Part shown: piece by piece, positions 1 through 12,700 of the stretch | Position numbering within the stretch: position 1 is the stretch's first letter | Layout of the letters: each line of letters starts with the position of its first letter | Assembly (NCBI GenBank): GCA_051362555.1 | Contig: CM120643.1 | Location: 10,416,001-10,480,000, forward strand | Direction: 5' to 3' | DNA: 64,000 nucleotides | From: Lingula anatina | Lineage: Eukaryota; Animalia; Brachiopoda | Made by a program: the position numbers and the translations under genes | Notes under the pieces: model-generated | Seen by the model: the letters and a program-made list of their open reading frames with translations, nothing else | Told to the model about the DNA's origin: nothing | The model's database searches: none

Positions 1-1695
1 AGTTTAATTTATGAGATGATTGTGTTATATAGAAATGCCACTTAGAAAGGTAAATTTTTCCAAGTGGGTGGTATTCCTCTTTATAAGCATGGCCCTCTTA
101 CAACTATAATGTTTCCCTAAAAAGCTGATAATTGTACGAGCACAGGTATGTTAGTCTCAGTGGTGAAAAGTGTAAAATGGTACTGTAGGTGGTCTTTTCA
201 TACCAAATAACCTTCATTTCCTCTAAGGAAGAAAAAACTAATCCCTTTAATTGTTTGGGATTGTCCCATGAATCCACATTAATTGTTATCAAAAAGAACT
301 TAAAAAGATAAATAAATGATTTTCGTCAATTTCATTCAAGAATAAGAACTTGGTTAAAGAGAAAAGTTGAAAAAATTAACAGCGAGTCAAGGTGCCACAA
401 CTAGTGCCCCCTATTTAAATTGACCTTTGACCTAAATACCCGCATGGAATTTGTGTTTAGTTTGAGTTTTGGTATTGTCAAATGCTATATAATCACTCCT
501 GAGTCACCTACCTGCATCCCATGGATGCAATTTTCACTGGTCTCCTAAGTAGAAATAAATAAACCTTTTTTACTCAGCTGAATTGGGAGAAATACTGTCA
601 ACAACTTTGACCATATATTTTTCAGAGAAGTCTTTTGTCACAGTAAAACCAATTTTCAAGCCTGGCTTGCAATTTAGGATGGCTTGCTTTTTAATGGGTT
701 GTTGATGGACTATTTTTTTTACATTTTATTATTTTAAATGGGGAATATGGAAATAAATCCTCAGGCCTGTATTTTGCGTAACTTGTATGAATGTTTGAAG
801 TGGCATTGAAAATCTTTCAAAAAGGTAGTTGTTTTTTAATTGTGGTATTGTGATTTCAGTTTGAAGATATTCTAATCTGGTTAATTGTTTCAGTTTGAAA
901 AGGCAAAAATAGAAATATCAAAAAGTGGCACTGACAACAACCTGCCACCCCCCACTAAAAGGAAAAAAAGTTTACTGATAATGCCAGCAAAAAATCTGTG
1001 TCAGAGTATGTAATTCTTTTACATTATAATCTTCATCCAACAGTTTTCTTTGCAGTTAAAGAAAATATACCAGTATCCCCCTTTTGTCATCATAATTATC
1101 CTTTTGTAGTGGTTTGAGGACATCTTTGTTTCCAAGATGGCGGTGGTCGGGTTTTTATGATACCAAAATGCTACCAGCAGTTTGTAAATCTGGAAGAGGT
1201 TAAAGCTGAGGAGAAAAGAGAAATGGGAACAAGTGCTCTGGAGTGTAATCAGACATACTGACTAGTTGATCCTGCTTGTCTTTATTGATAAGTTGTGAAA
1301 GAAACATTACAATGAAAAAAATATGCACATACATGTACACTGTATACTTAATACTTTATATGCACATATAACCTTGTCTGCTGTTTTGCAGTCATGAAGC
1401 TCTACCTCATCTTTTATCAGTGTTTTGATACAAATATGCATCCATCAAACATTGATATGCGCTAGTATAAACTTGTATCCAGCCTAGACCCAATCAATCT
1501 CAATACTCGTCAGATGTCTAATATTTCATTACAGATTTATGAAAAATGATCTGTATTGTAGATTCATTTGACCCAAAACATGTCATAGCATTTATTGAAT
1601 TTTATTTGCACAGAAATACACCATTATTAAAGTATCACATAGTAAAATTTTATTGAATAGTGAGGCATGAGATGTTTAGCTCCCCCTCAAGATAA

Positions 1696-1734
<39 letters not shown>

Positions 1735-3885
1735 ATTCAGAAATAGAAAAAAAAAAAGAATTTTAGCTCCCACTGTCTAGTCAGTTTATGAAGAACATTA
1801 TTTTATATTCTTCTCTTGCTCACATTGATATCATCAAAAAAAAAAGGATATTTGAAATTGAATGAAATAAAATACCTACCTTCATTTTTCCACAAATTGT
1901 ACCAATTCTCCTAAGAAAGATTAAGCTCACCCCTCCCCCTTCAGGTTAAAAAAACATTTTAGGACTCACTGTTGGCCCCAGTAGCATAAGTTCACAGCTT
2001 TTAAAAAGAAAGGGTACATATTTATTGTGGGATCAAGTTAAGGGACGTAAAAAGATTTGTGTACCTTTTCAGAAATGGATGTTATTTTAGCCAGTTTGAT
2101 GTTGATGACAAGAATAAAAGAACTAGATGGAGAAAATGGGTACACATATTTTTGTGGTTTGAAAGCAAGAAAAGATTTCTTTCAGAAGAGATACAGAAAA
2201 GGAGTAAGTATTTATGTATATATAAATACCAGCATGTGGACTTGTATTTCAGATGAGAATGATTAAAAGGACTAATCTTTGAAAATCATTCAAAAGAGTA
2301 GCATAGGTAGTGAGCATTAACGATTCCATCTATCATCGTAAAATGCAAATTCAGGGAATGGAGAGGCTTGTTCAATTCAAAAACTCTTTTTATGATGATA
2401 TCTTTTTGCTTCTGATTTTGGTTCGCAAGCCAAGAGATGGCCATTTTTTAACTGTCTCATATCTTGAATTTTAAGGTTTGCTTCAAGTGTGCACTGTAAT
2501 GTGCAATTCCGGTACACTAACCAGTAGAAAAATTTTTAACGTGATAAGAGTGACTGTGTGGCTTTTGCCTAAGTGCACAGCAATGGGACAAAAGTTCTTG
2601 TGCACTAAAAACCAGTTGAAAGATTTGTTTACATGATAAGAATTAATGATTGAATGGTTCTTGCCAATGTGCAGCACAGCAATGGGACAAAAGTTACTGA
2701 CCCTTTGAGACACCATTCATTGGTGCCATAGCACTTGTTTAGCTACTGAACAGAAGTATACAGTCTTTTCTGTTGCAGAATTTTGTAACACCCTGTGACA
2801 GTACCCTCATGTCTGTATTTGTCTACCAGTTAGCTGTAGCAAGCGGGATGTCAGCATTAAGAGTTCTTAAAATGAACAGATCGGTTGTTGAGTGTCAGGG
2901 CAAAATTGCTTGTAAACATAGTAGAAACCAACAGTCACAAATGCGCGCATAACCTTAACAGTCTTATTGCGGAATATTTGCTACTACCCTTGCTCTACAA
3001 TCACAGCAACTTGGAAACTGACAAATTCTATGAAGGTAATATAATTTTTGCATCCACTGTACCAGAGTAGTGACAGTAGTGAATCAACCTCTTTCAGATG
3101 CGGGCTGGAGTTTTGACATGCTGAATTTTATCACCTGAGCATTGAGCAAGCTATTGAGGAAGACAGGGCTTTGGTAGTTTCTGGTCAAACAAAAAAAATA
3201 AGAATCCTCTCCAAAACCAGCTAAGATTTAGTATAGCAGAAAACATTCCAGTACAGCTTTATCAGACTTATGGATGTGAATTGCTCCATGCTCGTAATGA
3301 GGAATTTCTGATTACTTCTGGTGATATGGAGGTGACTCGACGTCTGTTAAAGGGGGTAGAAATGTACCAGCATTTTCTGCTTTAAGATGAAACAAACATA
3401 TTACTAGCTAAGCGTCAACAAAAGAGAGAGAGCTTAGTTTTGCCAGGCCAGCCAGCTAGGCAACTAACATTCTGAACAGAAAATTGCTGGTGCCTCAAAC
3501 TCAATTGATTTGCTTCTGATAAGCAAATTGCAGGAGAAGGAATCCAGACTTAGAAAAATAAGTGTTGGAGGACATGGTTTGAGTACAAAATAGTGAAACA
3601 AGAAAAACAAACCTCCAATACAGCTTGGAAATGATTTTCTGACAGAGCCAGAGTTGGAGAAAAGAAAGACGCAGATAAAAAAAACAATCTGAAAGAGGAT
3701 ACGAAGAAATTGATAGTCTGTTAAATGCTGAAGACAGGGAAACAATTCTAGGTGTGAAAGAAACTAAGGACAATAATACTGTCACAAAAGAGACTTTGAT
3801 AACTTGTCTTTTAGGAAAAAAGACAAGGAAAGAGCAAAGATTGGAAATAGATATAAATGCATTCCCATGGGAAAAAAATTAAGAA

Positions 3886-3904
3886 ATGGCAACAACTCAA
3901 CCAC
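3886..3904 (+). CDS. Candidate first coding exon of the CBFA2T gene (MATTQP, phase 1)
   Basis: AAGAAATGGCA start context, 19 nt, then a GTAGGT donor. Phase 1 joins in frame to the 4154 exon ([17 protein letters not shown]). Inferred from splice signals only. Confidence 0.4.
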
Positions 3905-4153
3905 GTAGGTTCTTGCATGAGTCTATGAATGCTGAATTTGATAGAAAACTTAATTAAAATTAATTGTGGTTTAGTGGGTCACAAATGCATGTAACAATAT
4001 TTTTTTTCAGGATGAAATGATCTGTTTTGCCTGCAGATAATCACCTTGAAATTAAAGCATAAAATGTTTTGATGGATAAACAGTTTTTCATTGTCTTAAG
4101 ATATTTTGTATGTGACGAGCAAAAATTGAAATGGCTTTCCTTTATCTTTTCAG

Positions 4154-7100
4154 ATTACCGTGAATCTGACATGCCCGATTCCCCTGAGTCAAAGCCTCTA
4201 ACACAACCGTCGCCTCCAGGTAATCTCATGGCCATACCACCAAGGTCACTCTCCACTGGAAGCACCATGTCTGGTAAGAACTTAACCTCGGTCTGGAAGG
4301 CAGGAATGGGGATTTTCTTCCTTTTTGAGGGTTATTTCCTTTTTTATTTGAATGAAAGTTGTAAAGAATCTATGGGAGCACCATCTCTGGGAAGAAGTGC
4401 TGTCTGAATGGCTGGGATGGCATTTTTTTCCCCTTTTTGAGTGTTACTTCCTTTTTCATTTCAATAGTGTAGTTATGATGGGAATTTTCTTCCTTTTTGA
4501 GCCTTTTTTTTTCATTATTTGAATAAAAATTAGTATGGTTGGCTGGATTTTGTTAGATATTCAAAAAAAGGGGGATGTCAGGAATGTTGTGAAGGGAAAC
4601 AGGGTTTATTCCTATGTTTGCATATAGCATACAGTTTATTTATCATGTTAATTTGTCTGTATTTGATTTTTTTGTATTTGATTTGTTTGTTTGTTTAACT
4701 AAAAAATATAGTGAGAGAAAGTTATGTACTCACTAGATAAAGAAAAAAAGACCCATTTTTTTGGGAAAAAAAGTATTTTGGTCAAAAATAGATATAAAAC
4801 CTTTACTCTGTGACAATTTAGGATATCAACCATAAATAAGTTTTTTTATGACATTGTATTTTCTAAACCGTGAAATAATATGCAGATAATTGTTGTAGAC
4901 ATAATTACAATCATGGACAAAATCCTGTTGGTTTGCCCACATCAGTTCTCAATTTCATTTTTTTCTACAATTGTGTTGGAAAAAATTTACACACATTACT
5001 ACATGTGCTTTGGCTTTTGTGCACTTTCAGCAAAAGAAAAAACTCTGATAATTTGAATCTGATGGTATTTTACTACAAAATTTAGTAATAATGTTTGACA
5101 TTATCCCAATTTACCAGTCTGCAAAGATGATATCAAAGTCTAGGGGATTTTTTGAAATCTGTAAAGCAATAATGTTATATGATAGGTTTGCATCGGTTTA
5201 CTTAAAAATCCCATGTTGGAACATTTAAATTGCAAACACTGGAGAAAGTGAATAAAATTTAAAATTAAAGACAATATATTAGCTTTGGAATGAACAAAAC
5301 GATAAAAAAAATATTGAAAGCTTATTATTGCAGTCCTAATTAAATGAAAGTGGTGACATTTATATACTCCTGTAAGGATAAAATAATGTGATAGTAAGTT
5401 TCATACTTTTTCTATCAGCTAAAGAACAAGAGAAATATATCAGTACTTTCAACAATATATTTTTATGATTAAATTTGGGGTAGTTTTTTGTCTGAGATTA
5501 AAGTTGTGAAAAAATCAAGACTGAAATATCTCTGTACAATCATAGATACATGTTCTTTAAAATTCACTCAAAAGGAGAAAAGTAATGATTCTTTTAAAAA
5601 AGAAAACAAAGAAAAAACATATTTTTCATTGTATAAGAATTGTTGTTTATCTTCCCATGGCTGGTTTTCCCACCATCTCTTGCAAGCTCTTTTCCATTCC
5701 AGCATTTCACAGTTGAATTGAAATGCTTTCAGGCCAAACTGAGAATACACATCCCTTGAGTTGACCGTTTGACTTAAATCTATAGATTTACTGAAATTCA
5801 ATCAAAGCCAAGGTAAATAGACCATTTTCTAAACCTTGGGTTACAAATATCATTCATGAATTATAAAGTAAAATGCTGGTTCTTTTGAATCGAGGCCCAA
5901 GCGCAGTCGAGGGAAGAGCTGCTCGCTTCCCCTATGCGTCTTTGTAAAACTGAGTGTGAGATGAAGTGAAGCCTCCCTGCAGACGGCGGGGATAGCCAGG
6001 GAAGCGAATTTCCCTCTGTTTGGATGATATATCCTACAGTACTCATGTGTGAAAGAGAGTTAAAAAGCTAGAAAAGGTTGGATTTTGTGTGAAATATTCA
6101 AAACTGGGACAACGTCAGGGGAAGAAGAGAGTTGTGCTGTTTTTTTAAGCTTTCTCTGATCTTATCCCTGATTACAAAGTATCATATTTTCAATTTGAAT
6201 TCAATTGATTATTGAGATAATGATGTAATTTATACCAGTCTTCCTTATTTGTGAACATGCTTGATGGAGCTCTAGACATTAGGTCATCCCATTTTGGTAA
6301 TCATATCTTTATCCCAGTGAAAATTATCTGAGTGAATGTCATTATCATTTGAAAGTCAGGTGTCCTATTGAAATTCTCTCCAAATAATAAACTTGCATGC
6401 ATCATGCTGAAAACACTTGATGAAGCAGGTAGTTTTTTTTATTTTGTCCCCTTATCTTTTGATTTGTACACCTTGAAAATTTGAACTATCAAGAGTCACG
6501 AAGATTTAAGTTGAGATTTCAATGCAGCGAGATGAAAATTTACCAAAAGCTTTCACATTAGACTGATTTCTGTGCCCATTAAGTTACCTCTGTTGCTGGG
6601 AAAAACAAAGATTTAAGTTACTATTTCAATGCAGTAAAGCAAAAATTTACCAAAAGCCTTGACACTGAACTAATTTCTGTGCCCATAAAGTTATTTCTGA
6701 TGCTGGGAAAAATAATTAAAGTGCTAATGATAACTATAAAACAGTTCCACTCTTTCATCTTTAGAACAACAGCAGTAACCTTAAATTGTACTGCAGCAGC
6801 AGGTTTTGCACAGCTATAATCCAGCATGATATGATTTTTTTATGAGAAGCCCTCAGAAATATGGAGTACCAGATGTTGCAGCTAGATGAAATGTAAACTT
6901 AACTCTGTTCCACTCCAGTTTAGACAGCATATGAAGGGATCCCAAAAACTTTTTATTTTGATATTTAGAGCAGTTGTCTGATAATGGCTCTCTAATTTGT
7001 GAAATCAGCCATGTTTGGGTTTGGTTGGGTCAGGCCAAGGTCATGTCAGGTCAAGGTCCGGTCAAGGTCAGATCAGGATTCAAAGTAAACCTGTCATCCC

Positions 7101-9155
7101 CTGCTATGCAACTGATCTGAAGTTCCAAAGTTAAACAATCACCACTCATTGGAGGGAAGGATTTCAGAAGGGGATATTGCAGTCAATTGTCCTTTTTGAA
7201 ATTAATTTGCAACCTAACTTTATGAAGTGTAAATAACCTTTCTGAATGGAGAGGAAAATTTAGAAGTAGATTGAGAGATTTTTTTTATAAATAAATATTT
7301 AAATTTTAAAGTTAAAGATGTGGAAAAGGTTTGTTTATAGAAAATTAATCATTAAATATATCATCATATGAAAATGAAAGCCCACATAAACATATGATGA
7401 AACTTACGGTATATCACACAACTGATTTTCATTTTCTAGAGGCCCTATATATTTGACATTTGGATGTAAAACATTAATGAAAGTTAAACAAATGAGCAAC
7501 AGGTTACTTGTTCATGTCTTTAACATTCAATTTTCATTATCATATGATACAATGTATCAAGTTAAGTTTTTTTCTCATATTTCTTCTTATTATTGTGTAT
7601 TTTATTTTTTCATTATGAGTACTCCAAAAAGGTGCATGTGTGTATGCCAGTGTGTGTTTGCATGCATGTCCCATGAATTATCAAAGGAAACAAACTGTTT
7701 TATTTAGTGTCTGTCAGCATGAGTGTTTGCTTATAAAATATAATCTTGTATTCCTTTTGTCATTTTTGAGTGCGGCAGGATGGTAAAATTTTCCATTTTG
7801 TTTTAATAGGGCATCAGATAGTGTGTCAAAAGAGAAAATCTTTAGCTTCAGTGACAGCCAGTTTTACCTTATTATTCCTGGTTAGAATTCATATTGTTCA
7901 AGTTGCTTTAGGAACCATTCCCAGACCCTATCGTACTTACTTTGGATCGATCTATCTCCAAGGGGATTCTGGCAAAATTGCAATCAACTTAAGCAGCTTA
8001 GATGTCCGTCACACCTACTGAAGCTGCTAGGGGGTAATTAGTTATCATTAAGCAGCTTCAGTAGGCGTGCCAGACATCTAAGCTGCTTAAGCTGAAACCA
8101 ATTTAGTAAGACACCCCTTGGAGATGGATCGATCCTGTTAGTATGGGAACCCAGTTTAAGTTTATTTATTCTTAAAAAGCAAAATATTTTTTCCATCTTT
8201 GAAGGCATGAATGGCAGTCACTCCCCACACAGTAGCACCAATGGCCGCACGCCATCACCACCATCTATGGGAAATTCAACCTCCTCGCAGCAGCTGCCAC
8301 CAGCCTGTGGCGCTCGACAACTCAGCAAACTGAAAAGATTTCTGACGACCTTGCAGCAGTTTGGCTCTGATATATCACCAGAAATCGGGGAACGTGTACG
8401 AAGCCTCGTACTGGCACTTGTTGTAAGTTATGATATAGGGGTTTCAGTTCATTCAAAGTATATGTATGATTTATGAGAGAAAACAAAAAGAACTGTAGAA
8501 ATAAAAGGTATAAGTCTACTCAGAGAAATGAAATATTTAGCATTTATATGCAAAATAACTAAGGTGTATTGAAATATATTAATACATGTGTAAATCAAGA
8601 TACTGTGTTTTCTAAAAAAAGTCTTTTGCGAAGAATCACCAACAAAAATGCTTGTTTGAAGTGCATCGGAGTCTCAGTTTCTTTCAATGAAATACTTCTT
8701 ACAATCAAATAAAAAATATTGAATTTTATACGTAAAAAATTAATTGACTTCTCAATACAATTTTATTACATTTCAGAATAATCATCTTTCTATTGAAGAA
8801 TTCCACAGCAAATTGCAGGAAGCTACCAATTTTCCTCTCAGGCCTTTTGTCATCCCATTTCTAAAGGTAACCGTGGATGCTGGTCTGAAATAAGATTTTT
8901 TTTCTGCTTTGATACACACACTTCACTTTATCCTTGCTCTCTTTAAGGTGTCATAGGTCACATGATAGCAGTTTTCAGATTTGAAACTAAGATTTGACTT
9001 TCCTGTTTTACAAATGATCTGATGCACATACTGTAAATGTAAATAAAATTGGTTCATATCAGACCCTGGGCCCAAGAAGTGACAGCAAAAGTATTATTTC
9101 TTGTGGTTTAAAACGAATACACCCAATTAAGAATTTACTTTGTTATAACCCACAC

Positions 9156-9209
<54 letters not shown>

Positions 9210-9665
9210 TTACATCTCTCATAAGGAAGTTTTCAAGAAAACATTGTTTAGATATATTGTTGGTGAAAGCAGGAGACATAATTCTCTGTATTTCTTCATA
9301 TGGCAAGCAGAATATTTATCTATCCTTCACTTGTGACTTTGATGTATTCTTTATTCAGGCAAATTTGCCCCTGCTACAGCGTGAACTCCTTCACTGTGCC
9401 CGCATGGCAAAACAAACCCCGCAGCAATACCTGGCACACAACGAACACATTCTGTTCGACCCAACACACTCGCCTCTGGAGCCCCAGGACATGCTGGGAC
9501 CTGAGATTAATGAGAATGGCAAACGGCGGCTGTCCCCTGATGGGTAAGGGGATTTTATGTAATTCCAATACACTGTATGTTATTCAGAGTGTATGCACAA
9601 AATTTTACCAAAAACCAACCGTAAAAGACTGGTTCAAAGCAGTACCTGTTGTTAAGTCATTAGAA

Positions 9666-9738
<73 letters not shown>

Positions 9739-12700
9739 AGTAGTTTTCTTGCAAATACATAAGGAAACTTTATTGATTTTAACAAAATTTTGTTTTATTA
9801 CATTTAAGATTTGAAGATTTGATTTTGTTAAATTATAAGTTGGGTGTAAAGTTTTCTTGTAAGAAGGGAGGTCATATTCATTTAAAGAAAAATATGATTT
9901 TCTTTATATCTAAAATTTGTTGTTTTGAATTTGTTCTCCTCAAATTACTTCAGGCAATCAGATTCTCTTTTCTCATTTTCAGTTCCAAAGAAAATGGCTG
10001 CACGCCTAGTCCCGAGGGTTACCCTCCTGCCAAACATCCTAGGTCCATCAGTCCTGCCAGTAATACCAGCCGCGTCAGCCCGCAGAGCACACTCAGCATC
10101 AACACAAATGGGCCAATCCGATTGGATGATTTAAGAGAAATGAGGGAACGAGAGGAGCGTGAAAGGTTACAGCGGGAAAGGGAGCTTCAGATGAGATTAC
10201 AAGATAGAGAAAGACATTTAAGTGGTTATGGTGAGTCTAACATAATTATTTCATAACCTTTTAGATGTCAGTATTTTGTCTTTTTTTGTGTATTTTTCAG
10301 GGTTGTTTTTATTTTACTTAACACATTGGTAGATTTGAATTGCCAAAGTGTGTCTTTTTATGAATGAATATTACCTTTCATAGCTTTATGTACTTGTTAA
10401 TTTTTATTTTAAAAAAATGTGTGTTTTAAATAGTCACAATTTACCACACAGGTCAAATTTGGGCTTAAATTTTCTTCATTTTACTTCATTTCACTTGAAC
10501 TACCCTAACTTGTTTTGTGAATTTAAATATATATTTTGTGCATTTCAGCATTTCAGAGACCAGAGGCGTACATGGATCATATAGACCGTATTGATGATGA
10601 CTGGAAACACATTGATAATGTGAGCATATAATTTGACTTCATTATATGATTTTTAAAACATATGTAAAATTACGAATATAGTTATTTATTACCTAGCTTA
10701 TATTTCAAAATGTGTGGCAGACTTGGTTTGTATCTCAGCTGGCCATTTAATTTTGATTTTGAACCATTGGAAAACAGTTTGTATACCATTTCCCATCAAA
10801 TGATGTCATTGGGATTACTAACCATAAAAAGCCAATCTAATCCCTAAGTTGCCCAGCCCAGTGCCTAGTATAAAGTGACAAAAACAACTGCTCTGCTATA
10901 CTGATACTTCCACGCGGGTAGTTTTAGAATAAAGCACCCAGTTGTGTCATATGACAAACTTAAAACCAATAAAGTTACTATTGATGTTACTATATATACA
11001 GTGTATGATGCAATATGGCTTCAGGTAAAAGCTTAAAATTTTCTACTCGACTGATTTAGGGAGTTGAAATGGAATTGAAGTTACCATCGCGCTACAATTA
11101 ACACAGTAATATGAGCCACCAGTAAATATAGCTAAACCATGGGAAACGTATGTGTAATTATGCAAAACACCAGCATCTTTCTGCTGAATGATTGAATACA
11201 CACTATGGAGTCTAGCATAGTATGGGGCTAGAGCCCGTATGCCAACTCATGTTTGAATTGTATAGGTAAAGCCCTGTTCACACAAACTACAACCTGGATT
11301 AGTTCTGCCCTGTATTGGTCACATTCTCACCAGTTTATTTTTTACTCAGCCATATTCTTTTTTTTTTTTCAGTCTATTTTGTGAAAAAGTACCCTTTTGT
11401 TTACAACTGAAAATGATGGAATCTGATAAAGGGACATGTTGAAATGAGTGAAGTGCTTGAAATTTTTGAGTGATTACGGTATACAAATGAATTTGCAAGT
11501 TTTGTAGACTTATGTACTACTTCCTACCTGCATTTTTTTTTTTTACTGAGAGACTGAATGGGTTTGTAATTGTATATACATCTATTCATACTGCAGGCTA
11601 CATTGTAAGTTAGTTATAATATATTCAATGGTGTGATTTAATAGATGAATGGATGAATGAAGGATTGTTTTGCTGTGAGGAAGTAAAAAGCATTAATTCT
11701 ATATGACAATCTCTCTTATCAAGACTACTCTTTTGAGTAATAAAAAATGGCCATTTGAAAATAGCACAATACTAAATGGGAATATGAAATATTTGTGAAG
11801 GAGTTTGCCCCACTTCTTATCGAAATAGGTGTTAATCTTAGACATAGAAATGTAGAAGTTTTAGTACTGCAGTACCATCTCTCATTTCTGAAGAGATTTT
11901 GTCCATCTTTTCATGTATCATTTTGAGGCTGTCTAATCAGTCCTTTGTATTGAGACAGAGTTGACTGCATTATATTTTAATGAGATTGATCTTTTTAGAC
12001 ATTCCTTGAAAAGTCTTAATATGTAGGTATGACATATTGTATTTATTTATTTATTCTTTCGTCATATTGATAAACGAACTGACTTTTTCTTTCAGATGTT
12101 GCACTGCATTGTGGGAATGGTGGACAAAACAAGACGCGCTCTTGATGTGCTGCGCGAACGCTGCCAGCGCGATCGCGAGGAACTGCACACCTGGATGCGC
12201 AGACATGCAGAGGGGGTCGACCAGGACATGAAGAAACGCACCAATGAAATGATGGCGCACACGCTGAGACAGACCGAGGACAGAGTAACGGAGGTCAAAA
12301 GGAGGGCAGGTACGAATCAGGGTAAACCGTTACTCTTCCTCAGTAATGGCTATAAGCAAATATGTAACTGTAGTTCTTTAAAAGATAAGCCATCTTATCA
12401 TAGTGTATTCCAATAAATGTATGAAAAATTAAGTAAAAGAATTCCAATTGATTGATACATTTTATGGACTGATTGCATTAAATACATTCCAGCACAGTAG
12501 TATAAATGTGTTTTTAAGTTAATAGTTTTTTTGTGAAAAAAGTCTTGTTTTATTCTACAGAAAAGATACTACAAAATTGCTGCTCATATGTGAAATGAAT
12601 GAGTGCCAGTTTAGTAGCAAAAATGTAATTGTTAAAACTGCAATGAAGATAAAATTAACCATGTGTCTAATTTCCAGAGGAAGCAGTGAATGAAGTCAAA

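Noticed and set aside
2560-2700. Direct repeat CACAGCAATGGGACAAAAGTT twice, ~100 bp apart
   Set aside because: Two-copy local duplication with no further structure.
3117-3480. Protein-like open stretches (HAEFYHLSIEQAIEEDRAL..., NPLQNQLRFSIAENIPVQLYQ...) as a pseudogene or frameshifted gene
   Set aside because: Broken by stops, in different frames and with no recognisable family; treated as possible 5'UTR.
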